From contig OY759599.1 in assembly GCA_963662465.1 (NCBI GenBank), positions 5,824,001 to 5,888,000 on the forward strand: a stretch of DNA of 64,000 nt, read 5' to 3'. Positions within the stretch are counted from its first letter, which is position 1. Each line of letters opens with the position of its first letter. The stretch is from Desulfatiglandales bacterium. GTDB taxonomy: Bacteria > Desulfobacterota > DSM-4660 > Desulfatiglandales > Desulfatiglandaceae. Positions 11,927-21,862 of the stretch are shown here, one piece after another. Under the pieces are notes generated by a model that had not been told where the DNA came from, did not search any database, and worked only from the letters and a program-made list of their open reading frames with translations. A program made the translations under genes and the position numbers.

Positions 11927-12072
11927 GGCTTTGATCATCGTTTCGGCCATTTTCCAGCTGGGGTTAAAACCCCAGGCTATTATCAACCCTACAGGACGGT
12001 AAAAGCCCCATGGGGGCGACAGACAATAGCCTGGCAATTCATTGCCGGGTGGCTGAAACGATGATCAAGGCC
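11927..12072. mobile_element. MITE-like element, copy 1 (GGCnnTG ends, hairpin cargo)
   Basis: TIRs GGCTTTGATCATCGTTTCGGCCA / TGGCTGAAACGATGATCAAGGCC; near-identical to 14451-14600; no target duplication here. Confidence 0.75.
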
Positions 12073-13571
12073 TAAAACCCATTCCTCATATCCCCTGTTT
12101 CCATAAACCGCTGATGAAAGGAAAAGGCTTCGCTCAGGAGCTGTGGTTCGTGGCCTCCCCTTTGCTTTAGCGCCCGCTGGTAATAGTCCCAGAGGATATC
12201 CCGATAATCGGGATGAGCGCATTTCTTGATGACCTGTTCAGCCGTTTGCCTCGGGGTAAGAGACCGGGTGTCCACCAGGCCGTTTTCCGTAACAATGACA
12301 TTAACGGAGTGTTCCGAGTGGTCCACGTGGGTTGCCATGGGTACAATGGTGGAGATACTGCCCCCCTTTGCCGTGGAAGGCGCAACCATGAAGGTGACGG
12401 AACCATTGCGCATGTAGTCGCCTGAACCGCCGATACCGTTCATTAGCTGAGAACCCATCACATGGGTGGAATTGGCGTGCCCATAAATATCGATTTCCAT
12501 GGCCGTATTGATGGACAGGACACCCAGCCTGCCGATGACTTCCGGTGAATTGGAAATCTCCACCGGACGAAGAATGATTTTTTCCTTGTAACGGTAAAGC
12601 TCGTTGAAAAAACGGGTTCGGGCTTTTTCGGACAATGTCATGGCTGAACCGGAGGCAGCCCGCACCTTTCCCATGTCAATGAGGTCCAGAACGCTGTCTT
12701 GCAGAACTTCCGAGTATAGTTCCAGGTTGTTGAAAAAACCATTATTCATAAACCCGCCCAGAACTGCGTTGGCCACGTGCCCAACGCCGGCTTGCCACGG
12801 AAGAAAAGGGGAAAGCCTTTCTTTTTTGATTTCGTGTCGGACAAAATCCAGAATCTGTTCGCCAATGAGCTGCGAGCTGCGATCCGGGGCTGTAAACACG
12901 GGGCAGCTATCCTGCTGGTCATGAAAGAGAATCGCCACCACCCGGTCGGGGTCCATTTCGATAAAGGGTTTACCAATGCGGTCTGCGGCCCGGTATATGG
13001 GGATGGGCATTCGATAGGGTGGATCTTCAGGAATAAAAATATCGTGAATGCCTTCCAGTTCCGGAGGTTCACTGTTGCTCAGCTCAATGATTATTTTCTG
13101 AGCTTCTCTGACATATGTGGGGGTGTTGCCCACCGACATGGTGGGTATTAAAGCCCCTTTTTTCGTAATGGCCACAGCCTCCACAACCGCCACGTGAGCG
13201 GCTCCCCAATCTCCGGCCCTGACCTGGGCGGAAAGGCTGGAAAGATGATCGTCCTTGAAGTTGATCTCCCCGCCGTTGATCATTTTCCGCATCCGCGGGT
13301 CGCTCATGTAGGGCCGACGCCAGCCGACAACGCCGGCTTCAGCCAGGAGCCCATCCAGGCCATCCCCGGTCGAGGCCCCGGCGAACAGGTTTATTTTGAA
13401 ACGTTCTCCAGCCTTTGCCCGCCTGGCCAATTCCTGGGGGATCAGTTTGGGGTAGCCTGCCGTAAATCCGGAAATAAAAAGGTTGGTTCCATCCTGAATA
13501 TGCCGGGCCGCTGTGACGGGATCCGTGATCTTCCGTTTAAGGGGTTCATATCGAATTCGATCTTCCTGCAT
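12072..13571 (-). CDS. Acetyl-CoA hydrolase/succinate CoA-transferase family protein
   Basis: SGFTAGYPK, GASTG, SVGNTP, QAGVGHVANA, YSEVLQD, MNGIGGSGDY. Confidence 0.9.
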   Translation of the reverse strand: MQEDRIRYEPLKRKITDPVTAARHIQDGTNLFISGFTAGYPKLIPQELARRAKAGERFKINLFAGASTGDGLDGLLAEAGVVGWRRPYMSDPRMRKMINGGEINFKDDHLSSLSAQVRAGDWGAAHVAVVEAVAITKKGALIPTMSVGNTPTYVREAQKIIIELSNSEPPELEGIHDIFIPEDPPYRMPIPIYRAADRIGKPFIEMDPDRVVAILFHDQQDSCPVFTAPDRSSQLIGEQILDFVRHEIKKERLSPFLPWQAGVGHVANAVLGGFMNNGFFNNLELYSEVLQDSVLDLIDMGKVRAASGSAMTLSEKARTRFFNELYRYKEKIILRPVEISNSPEVIGRLGVLSINTAMEIDIYGHANSTHVMGSQLMNGIGGSGDYMRNGSVTFMVAPSTAKGGSISTIVPMATHVDHSEHSVNVIVTENGLVDTRSLTPRQTAEQVIKKCAHPDYRDILWDYYQRALKQRGGHEPQLLSEAFSFHQRFMETGDMRNGF

Positions 13572-13653
13572 GCTTTTTCTCCAAGGGGTTTCGACCTCAA
13601 CCTAAACCATTCATGGGTTCATAGGCAAGTCAAAAAAATCTTCATTTGACCCC

Positions 13654-14424
13654 TCAGATGGCTTTTCCAATCTTTAGAAGGCACTTGAAAATCCTGGTTC
13701 TGACATGCGGTATTTTTGAAGGCATTATTTTTTCCGTCAGCGGTTCCACATAGAGGTTCTGATTGATCTCGATTTGAAGGGCCATTTTACCCCTTGCCAC
13801 CAAAGCGTGCCCATAATGGGTGGTAATGAATCCCCCCGCATAAGGAACATTTATTGATACGGAAAAACCGTTGTCCTCAAATACCCGTTTCATGAAGTTC
13901 AAAAGATCTGAGCTGCAAGTGGTTTTTCCCCGGACCGGATTGATTTCTCCCGCCGGGCCGCCATTGTTGCCCAGCGTGATATCCTTCCGCTTTTTTCCTG
14001 TATCGGGGGCGTCCGGCGGACCCATGCCCTTAAGGGAATGGCAATCCAGAAGTCCTTTGATATCGAGTAGTTCAATGGCCTTTTGCAGTTGGCGGTGATA
14101 GGGCCGATAATATGTCGCAAGGCGATCTTTAATTCCTTTTTCATTGGGGATCGCGTGCGGGGTGTATACGGCCCGGCCATGGTAATCCACCAGCGCGACA
14201 GGCCCTTTTGCATCCCGCTGGTGGGGTGATCGATTCAAGTCCACCACAAGCCGGCTCCATTGGGCGCACAGAATGCGCTCCGCCGGCAGGCATCCAAAAA
14301 TCTCCCGGGTCCCCACATCGATGGCGTCGCCCATTTCCGCCTGGGTCAATGCAATGGCGGGTCTGATTCGTTCGGGTATTTCTCCTGAGCAGTGGGGCAG
14401 AGCGATAACAAATGGAAGTTTCAT
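13654..14424 (-). CDS. N-formylglutamate amidohydrolase family protein
   Basis: IALPHCS, SRLVVDLNR, YYRPYH, LDCHSL, NVPYAGGFIT, LQIEINQNLY. Confidence 0.88.
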   Translation of the reverse strand: MKLPFVIALPHCSGEIPERIRPAIALTQAEMGDAIDVGTREIFGCLPAERILCAQWSRLVVDLNRSPHQRDAKGPVALVDYHGRAVYTPHAIPNEKGIKDRLATYYRPYHRQLQKAIELLDIKGLLDCHSLKGMGPPDAPDTGKKRKDITLGNNGGPAGEINPVRGKTTCSSDLLNFMKRVFEDNGFSVSINVPYAGGFITTHYGHALVARGKMALQIEINQNLYVEPLTEKIMPSKIPHVRTRIFKCLLKIGKAI

Positions 14425-14450
14425 AATCCCTCGTCTTTCATGGCGTTTTC

Positions 14451-14600
14451 GGCCTTGATCATCGTTTCGGCCATTTTCCGCCTGGGGTTAAAACCCCAGG
14501 CTGTTATCTACCGTCCCTACGGGACTGTATAAGCCCCATCGGGGCGACAGACAATAGCCCGGCAATTTATTGCCGGGTGGCCGGAACGATGATCAAGGCC
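14451..14600. mobile_element. MITE-like element, copy 2, with 8-bp target-site duplication
   Basis: TIRs GGCCTTGATCATCGTTTCGGCCA / TGGCCGGAACGATGATCAAGGCC; GCGTTTTC at 14443-14450 and 14601-14608. Confidence 0.85.
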
Positions 14601-16030
14601 GCGTTTTCACTCACCCATTTCGCCGCCGAAAATGCCGGGGGAGACAGCGTGCCTTTCTCATCTACCACCGGATAAGAAAAAAGGAGTCGGCACAGCCTGC
14701 CGTGGGAGTCCGGTACACCGTTACTTTCAACTTGTCGAGGACCGTCCGACAAGATGAACTGTCGCTCGCTTTGAATGCACCGGTATTCCAATGTCTCCTT
14801 TAAAAACTGAAAAGCCCCACCTTTCGGTTCATATTCGTAAAGGCCCGCTTTCAGGGGCGGGGTGATGTTGGTTTTCGCACCGGGAGGTCGAAACAACAGC
14901 AAGTGACTTCCCTGTACGGGTTCGACATAGCGCCTGTTTAACGCTTCCGGGTCTATTTGGTAGGGTAATCCCAGAAATTCCAATATATGGAAAGCTTCCA
15001 GGGGTATGGTGTCTGCTTGAAGATGGAGTTGGGAAAGCATGGGGAGGGCGCCGGTCAGGCGTGGATTGATTTCAATGGGATAGACCTTTTCCCTGCCTTC
15101 ATGAACAATGAAATCAATGCCTAAGATACCCTTGTAACCCATCCTTCCAAGAAAACTGCCAATTTGATACGCCTGTTCAAATGCCGACTTGCGAACGGCT
15201 TTAGACCAGCGGGGAAGCCCCCAGGCATGGCCGCAAAACACGCCGTCCTCCTCAAAGTTTTGGCAATAGGGAAGATCCAGCAGCTGCCTCTGCAATGAAG
15301 ATGTCAGGATGCCATGACGGGTGACGCATGCCACCGTGCTTGCCGGCGTCCCTTCCACGAACCGGTGAATGGAGACGGATGCCAGGGGCGTGTTTCGCCA
15401 TCGGTTTCCCGCAAGTCTTTCTTGAAGTTGATGGTAGTCTTCCATGGAACGGATAAAAAATGTTCCCCTGCCGCCGCCACGTTCTATGTCCGGAAGCTGA
15501 ACCACAAAATTCGGCCCCACCCCATGTGCCCATTCTTCATAACGCTTCTCATGAAGGTGCCGTATGGCATAAATATTTCCCGGTATTTGAGCAAGGCCAA
15601 GGGAGGCAACCATATCCTTGAAAAACCGTCTTTTTCCAACCGCCTGACGAAGTTGTGGTGAATTGGCCAACAGGTTCCATCCGTTTTTTTTGGCGGACGC
15701 GCTCAATTCGGGATAATTCTGGTACAAAAAAAGATATTTTGGATTCGGCAAGCCCTTCAAAAAGCCCATGGTTTGGGGATGGGCCAGAAGGTCGGCGGAA
15801 TTTTGTCCAGGTGCTGGTGTTGCCGCCCCCGTTTCTTCCTCAAGGCAAAAAACGGTTGATTTCTTGCGCAAAAGCGGAAGATCGCCCGTCTTATGAAGGG
15901 CCACGATATGGTAGGTGTTCAGAAAGGATGCAGGTATGATTCGGGAAAAGGCGGTCATCCCCACGCCCACGAATGTTCCCTGGATTGATTGAAAAAGGGC
16001 TCTTAGTTGATGTATGTCGCGAATGAACAT
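14567..16030 (-). CDS. ATP-grasp ligase (non-RimK type)
   Basis: GGGRGTFFI loop, GYKGILGIDF, YPIEINPRLTG; last codons (ALIIVPATRQ) supplied by the MITE. Confidence 0.8.
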   Translation of the reverse strand: MFIRDIHQLRALFQSIQGTFVGVGMTAFSRIIPASFLNTYHIVALHKTGDLPLLRKKSTVFCLEEETGAATPAPGQNSADLLAHPQTMGFLKGLPNPKYLFLYQNYPELSASAKKNGWNLLANSPQLRQAVGKRRFFKDMVASLGLAQIPGNIYAIRHLHEKRYEEWAHGVGPNFVVQLPDIERGGGRGTFFIRSMEDYHQLQERLAGNRWRNTPLASVSIHRFVEGTPASTVACVTRHGILTSSLQRQLLDLPYCQNFEEDGVFCGHAWGLPRWSKAVRKSAFEQAYQIGSFLGRMGYKGILGIDFIVHEGREKVYPIEINPRLTGALPMLSQLHLQADTIPLEAFHILEFLGLPYQIDPEALNRRYVEPVQGSHLLLFRPPGAKTNITPPLKAGLYEYEPKGGAFQFLKETLEYRCIQSERQFILSDGPRQVESNGVPDSHGRLCRLLFSYPVVDEKGTLSPPAFSAAKWVSENAALIIVPATRQ

Positions 16031-16054
16031 GAGGGCATTTGGTAAAACGGTGTT

Positions 16055-17041
16055 TTACGCCTGACTCAGGAAACAGGCCACAAGGTGACCATTGCCTCGG
16101 TCTGCCAGAAGGGGGTTTTCCAGGTTGCATCTGTTTTCCTGCGCCAGGGAGCATCTTGGGAAAAAATTACATCCCACATTATTGTCCTCACGTTCACGGG
16201 TCAAGAGGGTTCCATACCGCTTTTGGGCGCCGCTTTGACCGAATTTAGGAAGCGCGTCAATAAGTGCCTTGGTATAAGGATGTTTGGGATGACGAATCAC
16301 CTGATCGGCGCTGCCCACTTCCATCAGGCGACCTCGATACATGACGGCAATTCGGTCGCACAGGTAGCGGGCCGCGGCCAGACTGTGGGTGATGAACAGC
16401 TGTGTGACGCCCAGGTCGCTCCGCATTTTCAAGAGAATATTAAATATCTGGGCGGAAATGGAGGCATCCAGCATGGAAGTGGGTTCATCGGCAATGACAA
16501 ACTCGGGATCCAAGACCATGGCCCGCGCAATGGCCACCCGCTGGCGCTGCCCGCCGCTGAGTCGATGGGGGTAACGATAGAGGAAATCGTCGGGAGGCGA
16601 CAATCCCACGGATTTTAGAGCCTCCCGAACGCGATCTTTTCTGTCGTTGGCATGCCCTATTTTGTGAATCGTCAAAGGCTCGGAAACGGTGTCTAAAATA
16701 GACCGTTGAGGGTTCAGGGACTGATAGGGGTCCTGGAATATCATCTGCGCCTTGCGTCGAAATTTCTTTAGACGCTTTCCTTTCAATCCCGTAACGGGCT
16801 TGCCATCCAGAAGGATTTCCCCGAAATCGGTCTCTTCAAGGCATACAATCAAACGTCCCGCGGTTGTTTTGCCGCTGCCGCTTTCCCCCACCAATCCAAA
16901 AATTTCACCCTTGTTGATATGAAGGGAAATGCGGTCCAGGGCGATCACATCTTTTCCGCGGTCGCCAAAAAGACCCGCCTTGCTTTTGTAAATTTTGCTG
17001 ACGTCCCTTATTTCGAGGATCGGTTTACCGCTGGTGTCCAT
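16055..17041 (-). CDS. Oligopeptide ABC transporter ATPase (OppF/DppF type)
   Basis: GESGSGKTT, QMIFQDPY, LSGGQRQR, ADEPTSMLD, HPYTKAL, C-terminal Cys cluster. Confidence 0.9.
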   Translation of the reverse strand: MDTSGKPILEIRDVSKIYKSKAGLFGDRGKDVIALDRISLHINKGEIFGLVGESGSGKTTAGRLIVCLEETDFGEILLDGKPVTGLKGKRLKKFRRKAQMIFQDPYQSLNPQRSILDTVSEPLTIHKIGHANDRKDRVREALKSVGLSPPDDFLYRYPHRLSGGQRQRVAIARAMVLDPEFVIADEPTSMLDASISAQIFNILLKMRSDLGVTQLFITHSLAAARYLCDRIAVMYRGRLMEVGSADQVIRHPKHPYTKALIDALPKFGQSGAQKRYGTLLTREREDNNVGCNFFPRCSLAQENRCNLENPLLADRGNGHLVACFLSQA

Positions 17042-17080
17042 ACTGACCTCGGGTTAATCCAATATTTCTTTCATTTTCCG

Positions 17081-18034
17081 CTAACAATGGCAACAGCGCG
17101 CTTTATGCCCGGGGCCGACCTGGACCCATTTGGGGGCCTCTTTTTTGCAAAATGGGGAGGCACTGGAACAACGTTCGCCAAATCGACACCCTACCGGAGG
17201 GTGAATCAAATTGGGCGTTTCCCCCGGAATGGGCGTTAAACCGGTTTTTTCGCCGGTTATGGTGGGAAAAGACGAGAGCAGCGCCTTGGTGTAGGGGTGT
17301 ACGGGCGATTCAAAAACCGCTTCCCTGGGTCCGCATTCCACCATCTGGCCCGCATACATCACCGCGATGTTCCGGCACATGTCCGCAACGATGGAAATGT
17401 CGTGGGAGATAAAGATAACGCCGATGTTAAACTCCTTCTGAAGATTTTTGACTTCCTCCAGAATCTGATCCTGAACAATGACGTCCAGTGCGGTAGTCGG
17501 CTCATCCGCAATGATGAGTTTGGGGCGGCAGGCCAGGGCCATGGCAATAATCGCCCGCTGCTTCATGCCGCCGCTGTATTGGTGGGGATAGCCTTTGAGA
17601 CGGTCCCGGGGGATTCCCACCAGATCGAAAAGGTTCTCCACCTGATGCAGGGCCTCCTCTTTTTCCACAGTGGGGTTATGCACCAGGATGGCTTCCGCAA
17701 TCTGATCCCCCACGCGCAGCACCGGGTTCATGGCATTCATGGCGGCCTGGAAAATCATGGCAATCCGGCGCCATCGGGTTGCCCTTCTTTCTTCCTCTGT
17801 CATTAACAGAAGATCCTGCCCCTCAAAAAGAATGCGCCCCTGCCCAATGAAAGCATTGGGCGACAGCAGCCCCATCAAGGCCATCCCGATGGTGGTTTTT
17901 CCACAGCCGGACTCCCCCACAAAACCGAGGGATTGCCCCTCATCCAGGGAAAAGGAAACCCCGTCCACGGCTTTAAGGGTGCCTTGTTTGGTTCGATAAC
18001 CGGTGCTTAAATTGTCAACTTCCAGTAGGGTCAT
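17081..18034 (-). CDS. Oligopeptide ABC transporter ATPase (OppD/DppD type)
   Basis: [38 protein letters not shown]. Confidence 0.9.
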   Translation of the reverse strand: MTLLEVDNLSTGYRTKQGTLKAVDGVSFSLDEGQSLGFVGESGCGKTTIGMALMGLLSPNAFIGQGRILFEGQDLLLMTEEERRATRWRRIAMIFQAAMNAMNPVLRVGDQIAEAILVHNPTVEKEEALHQVENLFDLVGIPRDRLKGYPHQYSGGMKQRAIIAMALACRPKLIIADEPTTALDVIVQDQILEEVKNLQKEFNIGVIFISHDISIVADMCRNIAVMYAGQMVECGPREAVFESPVHPYTKALLSSFPTITGEKTGLTPIPGETPNLIHPPVGCRFGERCSSASPFCKKEAPKWVQVGPGHKARCCHC

Positions 18035-19003
18035 TTAATCTGCCTCTTCTTCCTTTCTTAATCTCGGGTCCAACACTTCATCCATGGCGCGGCCCAGCAT
18101 GTAAAAAGAGAGGGTAATCAATGAAATGCAAATCCCCGGCGGAAGAAGCCAGTAAGGGGCTTTGAACATGTATCCGGTTTTCCAGACCCATTGCAGCATC
18201 ATGCCCCAACTGACGGTTCCCGGGTCGCCAAACCCCAGAAAAGCCAAAGATGCTTCAATAATGATGGCGGAGGTGACCCGGAATGTCATAAACAAAAATG
18301 CCAGAGGTAACACATTGGGCATGATATGCCTGAAAATAATCCGGAAATGGGATGCCCCCGCCATCTTGGCCGCTTCGATAAAGGGCCGTTGCTTGAGGGA
18401 CAGGGTTTGACCTCGAATCATCCGGGAGACGCCCGGCCACCTGAACAGGGCGATGATCAGAACGATGGTCCAGATGTTGAGTTGACCAAAAACCGAAGAG
18501 ATGATCAACACAAACAACAATGTGGGCATGACCATGATCATGTCGGCCGTTCTCATGAGGACCGTATCCATGAATTTGCCCATATATCCGGCTGTCATGC
18601 CAATGGCCGTTCCCAGGACCACGCTCATGAAGGCGGCTGAAACGCCCACCATGAAGGCAACGCGTGCGCCCGCCAGGAGTTGACTGAAAATGTCTCGGCC
18701 CATGAAGTCCGTCCCCAGCCAGTGCTGCCAACTGGGCGGCGTACAGGTGGAAATTTGTGGGTCCACCCCGGTCATGGGATTGTACATGGGGTTAATCCAC
18801 GGCGGGATATAACTGCATACAGCCATTAGGGCAAACACAATCAGCAATGTCAGGCCGATTCGGCCTAGAAGACTCTGCTTGAATATGGCCCACCCATCGA
18901 GAAATGAATTGAGCCAAAGAAAGCGTTCACGGACGGTTCTTTCATTGTTTGCAGGGGTTGAGGTCATTGGTTCCCGCTTTAGTATCTTATTCCCAGGTTT
19001 CAT
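18035..19003 (-). CDS. Oligopeptide ABC permease (OppC type)
   Basis: HWLGTDFMGRD, FIEAAKMAGAS, RHIMPN, EASLAFLG, LDPRLR. Confidence 0.9.
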   Translation of the reverse strand: MKPGNKILKREPMTSTPANNERTVRERFLWLNSFLDGWAIFKQSLLGRIGLTLLIVFALMAVCSYIPPWINPMYNPMTGVDPQISTCTPPSWQHWLGTDFMGRDIFSQLLAGARVAFMVGVSAAFMSVVLGTAIGMTAGYMGKFMDTVLMRTADMIMVMPTLLFVLIISSVFGQLNIWTIVLIIALFRWPGVSRMIRGQTLSLKQRPFIEAAKMAGASHFRIIFRHIMPNVLPLAFLFMTFRVTSAIIIEASLAFLGFGDPGTVSWGMMLQWVWKTGYMFKAPYWLLPPGICISLITLSFYMLGRAMDEVLDPRLRKEEEAD

Positions 19004-19004
19004 G

Positions 19005-19050
19005 AACTTAAAACTTAAAACCTAAAACTTAAAACCGCGGCTTTGCCGCG
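19005..19050 (-). repeat. Stop-codon-attached hairpin plus TTTTAAG heptamers
   Basis: TGA-CGCGGCAAAGCCGCGG-TTTTAAG-TTTTAGG-TTTTAAG-TTTTAAG on the minus strand; related copies at 27863, 39767, 42990 and 49853. Confidence 0.8.
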
Positions 19051-20028
19051 TCAGTATCTGATTCTTGGATCAAGGTAAGCGTACAGAACATCCACCACCA
19101 GGTTGGAAATCAACACCACAATGGCGATTAACAGAAAAGAGGCCTGGGCCAGGGGATAATCGTTCTGGCTGACCGAAAACACCAGTTCCCGACCAATGCC
19201 GGGCCAGGTAAAAACCGTTTCCGTAAGTGCCCCCCCGTTGATGGAAAAGGCCAGGCTCAACCCGACGCTGGTGACCACCGGAAGCGCCGCGTTGGGGGCG
19301 GCGTGTTTATTCCGAATGGTTTTTTCATCGAGGCCCTTGGCCCTTGCGGTGAGAATATAATCCTCTTTAAGGGTTTCCAGCATGCTGCTTCGCATGATCA
19401 GGAGATAAGCGCCGAAATGGATCAGAAACAGGGTGGAGAGGGGCAAAACCATATGGTAGAGGACGTCGATGGCTTTGGCAAAGAAACCGCTGTCGGGGTC
19501 CAGCCATACCTCTTCCGAGATCATGCCGGTAATGGGAAACCAGCTGAGCTTGTAGGCGAAAATCCAGATGAGGATCAACGCCAGCCATGGCAGAAAGAGC
19601 GTGTGGGTCACCAGCGCTCCCACGGTCATGATGCCGTCGGTTTTTTTCCCCTTGTGCCAGGATGCTATTTTGCCCAGGAAAATACCCACCAGGGCGGACA
19701 GAATAATGGCGGTGGTAAACAGCAGAACCGTATTGGGCAGTCGTGCCCATATGATGTCTACCACCGGCTCTCCATAGTGGAACGAATAGCCGAAATGACC
19801 CGTGAAAAAATTTTTCAGGTATATGAGATACTGTACGCCCAGGGGTTTGTCGAGCCCCAGCTGAACAATGAGGCGTTGTGAATCCTCGGGCGTCATGTCC
19901 GGGTCCACCATTCGAGAAACAGGATCCCCAGGCGCCAGTCGGAACAGCAAAAACAGCACCGTGAGAATCACAAAAAAGATGATGGTGATCTGGACCAGCC
20001 TGCGGGATATGTACTTTTTCAGTTCCAT
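19051..20028 (-). CDS. Oligopeptide ABC permease (OppB type)
   Basis: APGDP, GLDKPL, DYILTARAKGL, ETVFTWPGIG, LDPRIRY. Confidence 0.9.
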   Translation of the reverse strand: MELKKYISRRLVQITIIFFVILTVLFLLFRLAPGDPVSRMVDPDMTPEDSQRLIVQLGLDKPLGVQYLIYLKNFFTGHFGYSFHYGEPVVDIIWARLPNTVLLFTTAIILSALVGIFLGKIASWHKGKKTDGIMTVGALVTHTLFLPWLALILIWIFAYKLSWFPITGMISEEVWLDPDSGFFAKAIDVLYHMVLPLSTLFLIHFGAYLLIMRSSMLETLKEDYILTARAKGLDEKTIRNKHAAPNAALPVVTSVGLSLAFSINGGALTETVFTWPGIGRELVFSVSQNDYPLAQASFLLIAIVVLISNLVVDVLYAYLDPRIRY

Positions 20029-20035
20029 GTCAATT

Positions 20036-21772
20036 CTACATGGGTTTCAGCAGGCAGAAGGACCACAGATTTCCAACGCCCCCAAGCATCTGGACCCAGC
20101 CCGTGAATTTGCCTTTCCTGGCCGCCTCAATGAGTTTCGGGTTATACAGGGGCATATAGGGCACATCGCCCATAACGATTTTCTGCATTTCCCAGATGAG
20201 CTTTTGCCGTTCGTTCCGGTCCATGGTTTCCGCCGATTGGTTTGCGATTTTGTCAAAAACCGGATTGTTGTAACCACTCATATTCCAGCCTCTGGTCTTG
20301 TCGTTTGTTGAGAGGAAAAAGTTTCGCAGGTAATCGGGATCCAGGGAAAGGCTCCCGTATCCCAGAATGAACGCTTCAAAATCCCGTCGTACTTTCACCT
20401 GCTCGATGAGGGCGCCGAAGGACATGGGTTTGGAATAAGCGGGGATCCCCAGCATCCTGAGCCATTCCTGCATCATCATGCCGCACATGGCGCGATGGGG
20501 ATCGTAATCGGCCGGCGGCGTCAGAATTTCAAATTTTCCCATGAGGTTCCCATCGGGAAGCATGATCCCTTCACCGTTCACCACATTTCCCGACCCGTCG
20601 ATGGGGGGGATCTGCCAGGTATAACCGGCGTCCGAAAGGATCTGGTACGCCTTCTTAATGCGGCCTTCCCGATCAAGGCCCACCCCGTATTTGGGGACGT
20701 CCGGGCAGTACCAGAAGGCGTTTCCGGGGGGAATAATGGAATACATTTTTACGCCGTACCCCTGGAGAATCCGTTTGATGATAAAGTCCTCCCCCACCAG
20801 GGTTGCAGCGGCCCGCCGCAGGTTGACATCATTAAAGGGTGGTTTTCTTACATTAAACCCTAAATAATAGAGGGCGCTTTTTTCGTTTGTGAAGACCTCC
20901 ATGTCGGGGTTTGCTTTCAGATCTTCCATATATCCCGGTTGAATTCCCCACCAGAACATATCGACGCTCCCCTTTTTCAATGCCAGGATGGCGGCATCCG
21001 AGGTGCCGTAGACCTTAAAAATGATCCCGTCGATGTAGGGACCCAAAAGGTGGTTGCTGACGGTTTTGCCGGAACCGAAAAAGAACGGGTTTTTTACCAG
21101 GTAGAGGTAAGCGCCCGATCGCTGGTCTTTCAGCATGAAGGGGCCGCTGCTGACAGGTGTTGTGACCTTGTGCCGCAACAGTGTCCGAAGGGGTTTTTCC
21201 GTCCCCTTGGCTTCTTCAATCACGCTCTCCCATTCCTTTTTCTGTACAATGGGCGTGGTGAGCGTTCGGGTGACAAAAATGGCTTGGGGTTCATTCAGGT
21301 AGAATTTTATGGTTTGCTTATCCGGGGTTTCAATTTTTTTGATAAATTTCCATTTGGAAAGATACCTGGGGACCTTAAATTCCTGGATAAAACGTCCGGT
21401 AAAGGCCACATCTTCGGAGGTTAATTCCGTTCCGTCCGACCATTTGGCGGGTTTGAGCTTGATGGTGTAACAAAGGGTCTTTGGATCAAATTCAGGGGGG
21501 GAAGCCGCCAGCCAGGGGATGAGATCCAGCGTCTTGGGATCCCTTACGTAAAGGGGTTGATAAATCAGACCCAGGATTTTCAATGACCACCGATCCCCGG
21601 CGGCCCATATGTTCAAGGTTTTGGGTTCCTCTAAAATGCCCATTTTGAGTGTATCCGCGGCGGAAACGTCTGAGCCTGAAACATGGATGCTCCCCATCAC
21701 CATCAGGACACCCAGGATCGATATGATCCACGAACGAAACAACCTGGTTTTTCCCCCATCTTTACGGCTCAT
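20036..21772 (-). CDS. Oligopeptide ABC substrate-binding protein (family 5)
   Basis: Signal peptide; KWSDGTELTSEDVAFT family-5 signature; GPF, GFNVRKPPF. Confidence 0.9.
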   Translation of the reverse strand: MSRKDGGKTRLFRSWIISILGVLMVMGSIHVSGSDVSAADTLKMGILEEPKTLNIWAAGDRWSLKILGLIYQPLYVRDPKTLDLIPWLAASPPEFDPKTLCYTIKLKPAKWSDGTELTSEDVAFTGRFIQEFKVPRYLSKWKFIKKIETPDKQTIKFYLNEPQAIFVTRTLTTPIVQKKEWESVIEEAKGTEKPLRTLLRHKVTTPVSSGPFMLKDQRSGAYLYLVKNPFFFGSGKTVSNHLLGPYIDGIIFKVYGTSDAAILALKKGSVDMFWWGIQPGYMEDLKANPDMEVFTNEKSALYYLGFNVRKPPFNDVNLRRAAATLVGEDFIIKRILQGYGVKMYSIIPPGNAFWYCPDVPKYGVGLDREGRIKKAYQILSDAGYTWQIPPIDGSGNVVNGEGIMLPDGNLMGKFEILTPPADYDPHRAMCGMMMQEWLRMLGIPAYSKPMSFGALIEQVKVRRDFEAFILGYGSLSLDPDYLRNFFLSTNDKTRGWNMSGYNNPVFDKIANQSAETMDRNERQKLIWEMQKIVMGDVPYMPLYNPKLIEAARKGKFTGWVQMLGGVGNLWSFCLLKPM

Positions 21773-21793
21773 TTATTACCCTCCCTGTTTTTG

Positions 21794-21862
21794 GCGGGGG
21801 CGAAAAATCTTCCACCCCCGCAAACATGGGCGAAAAACCTTTCGCCCCTACAATGCCCCTAC
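21794..21862. repeat. GTAG-type REP palindromes
   Basis: GCGGGGGCGAAAAATCTTCCACCCCCGC and GGGCGAAAAACCTTTCGCCCCTAC (reverse complement starts GTAGGGGCG); overlaps the stop of the gshB-like gene. Confidence 0.7.

Noticed and set aside
11888..12037. N-terminal extension of the DsbA ORF given in the ORF track
   Set aside because: It translates the MITE; the RBS (GGGAGG) and signal peptide point to the ATG at 11887
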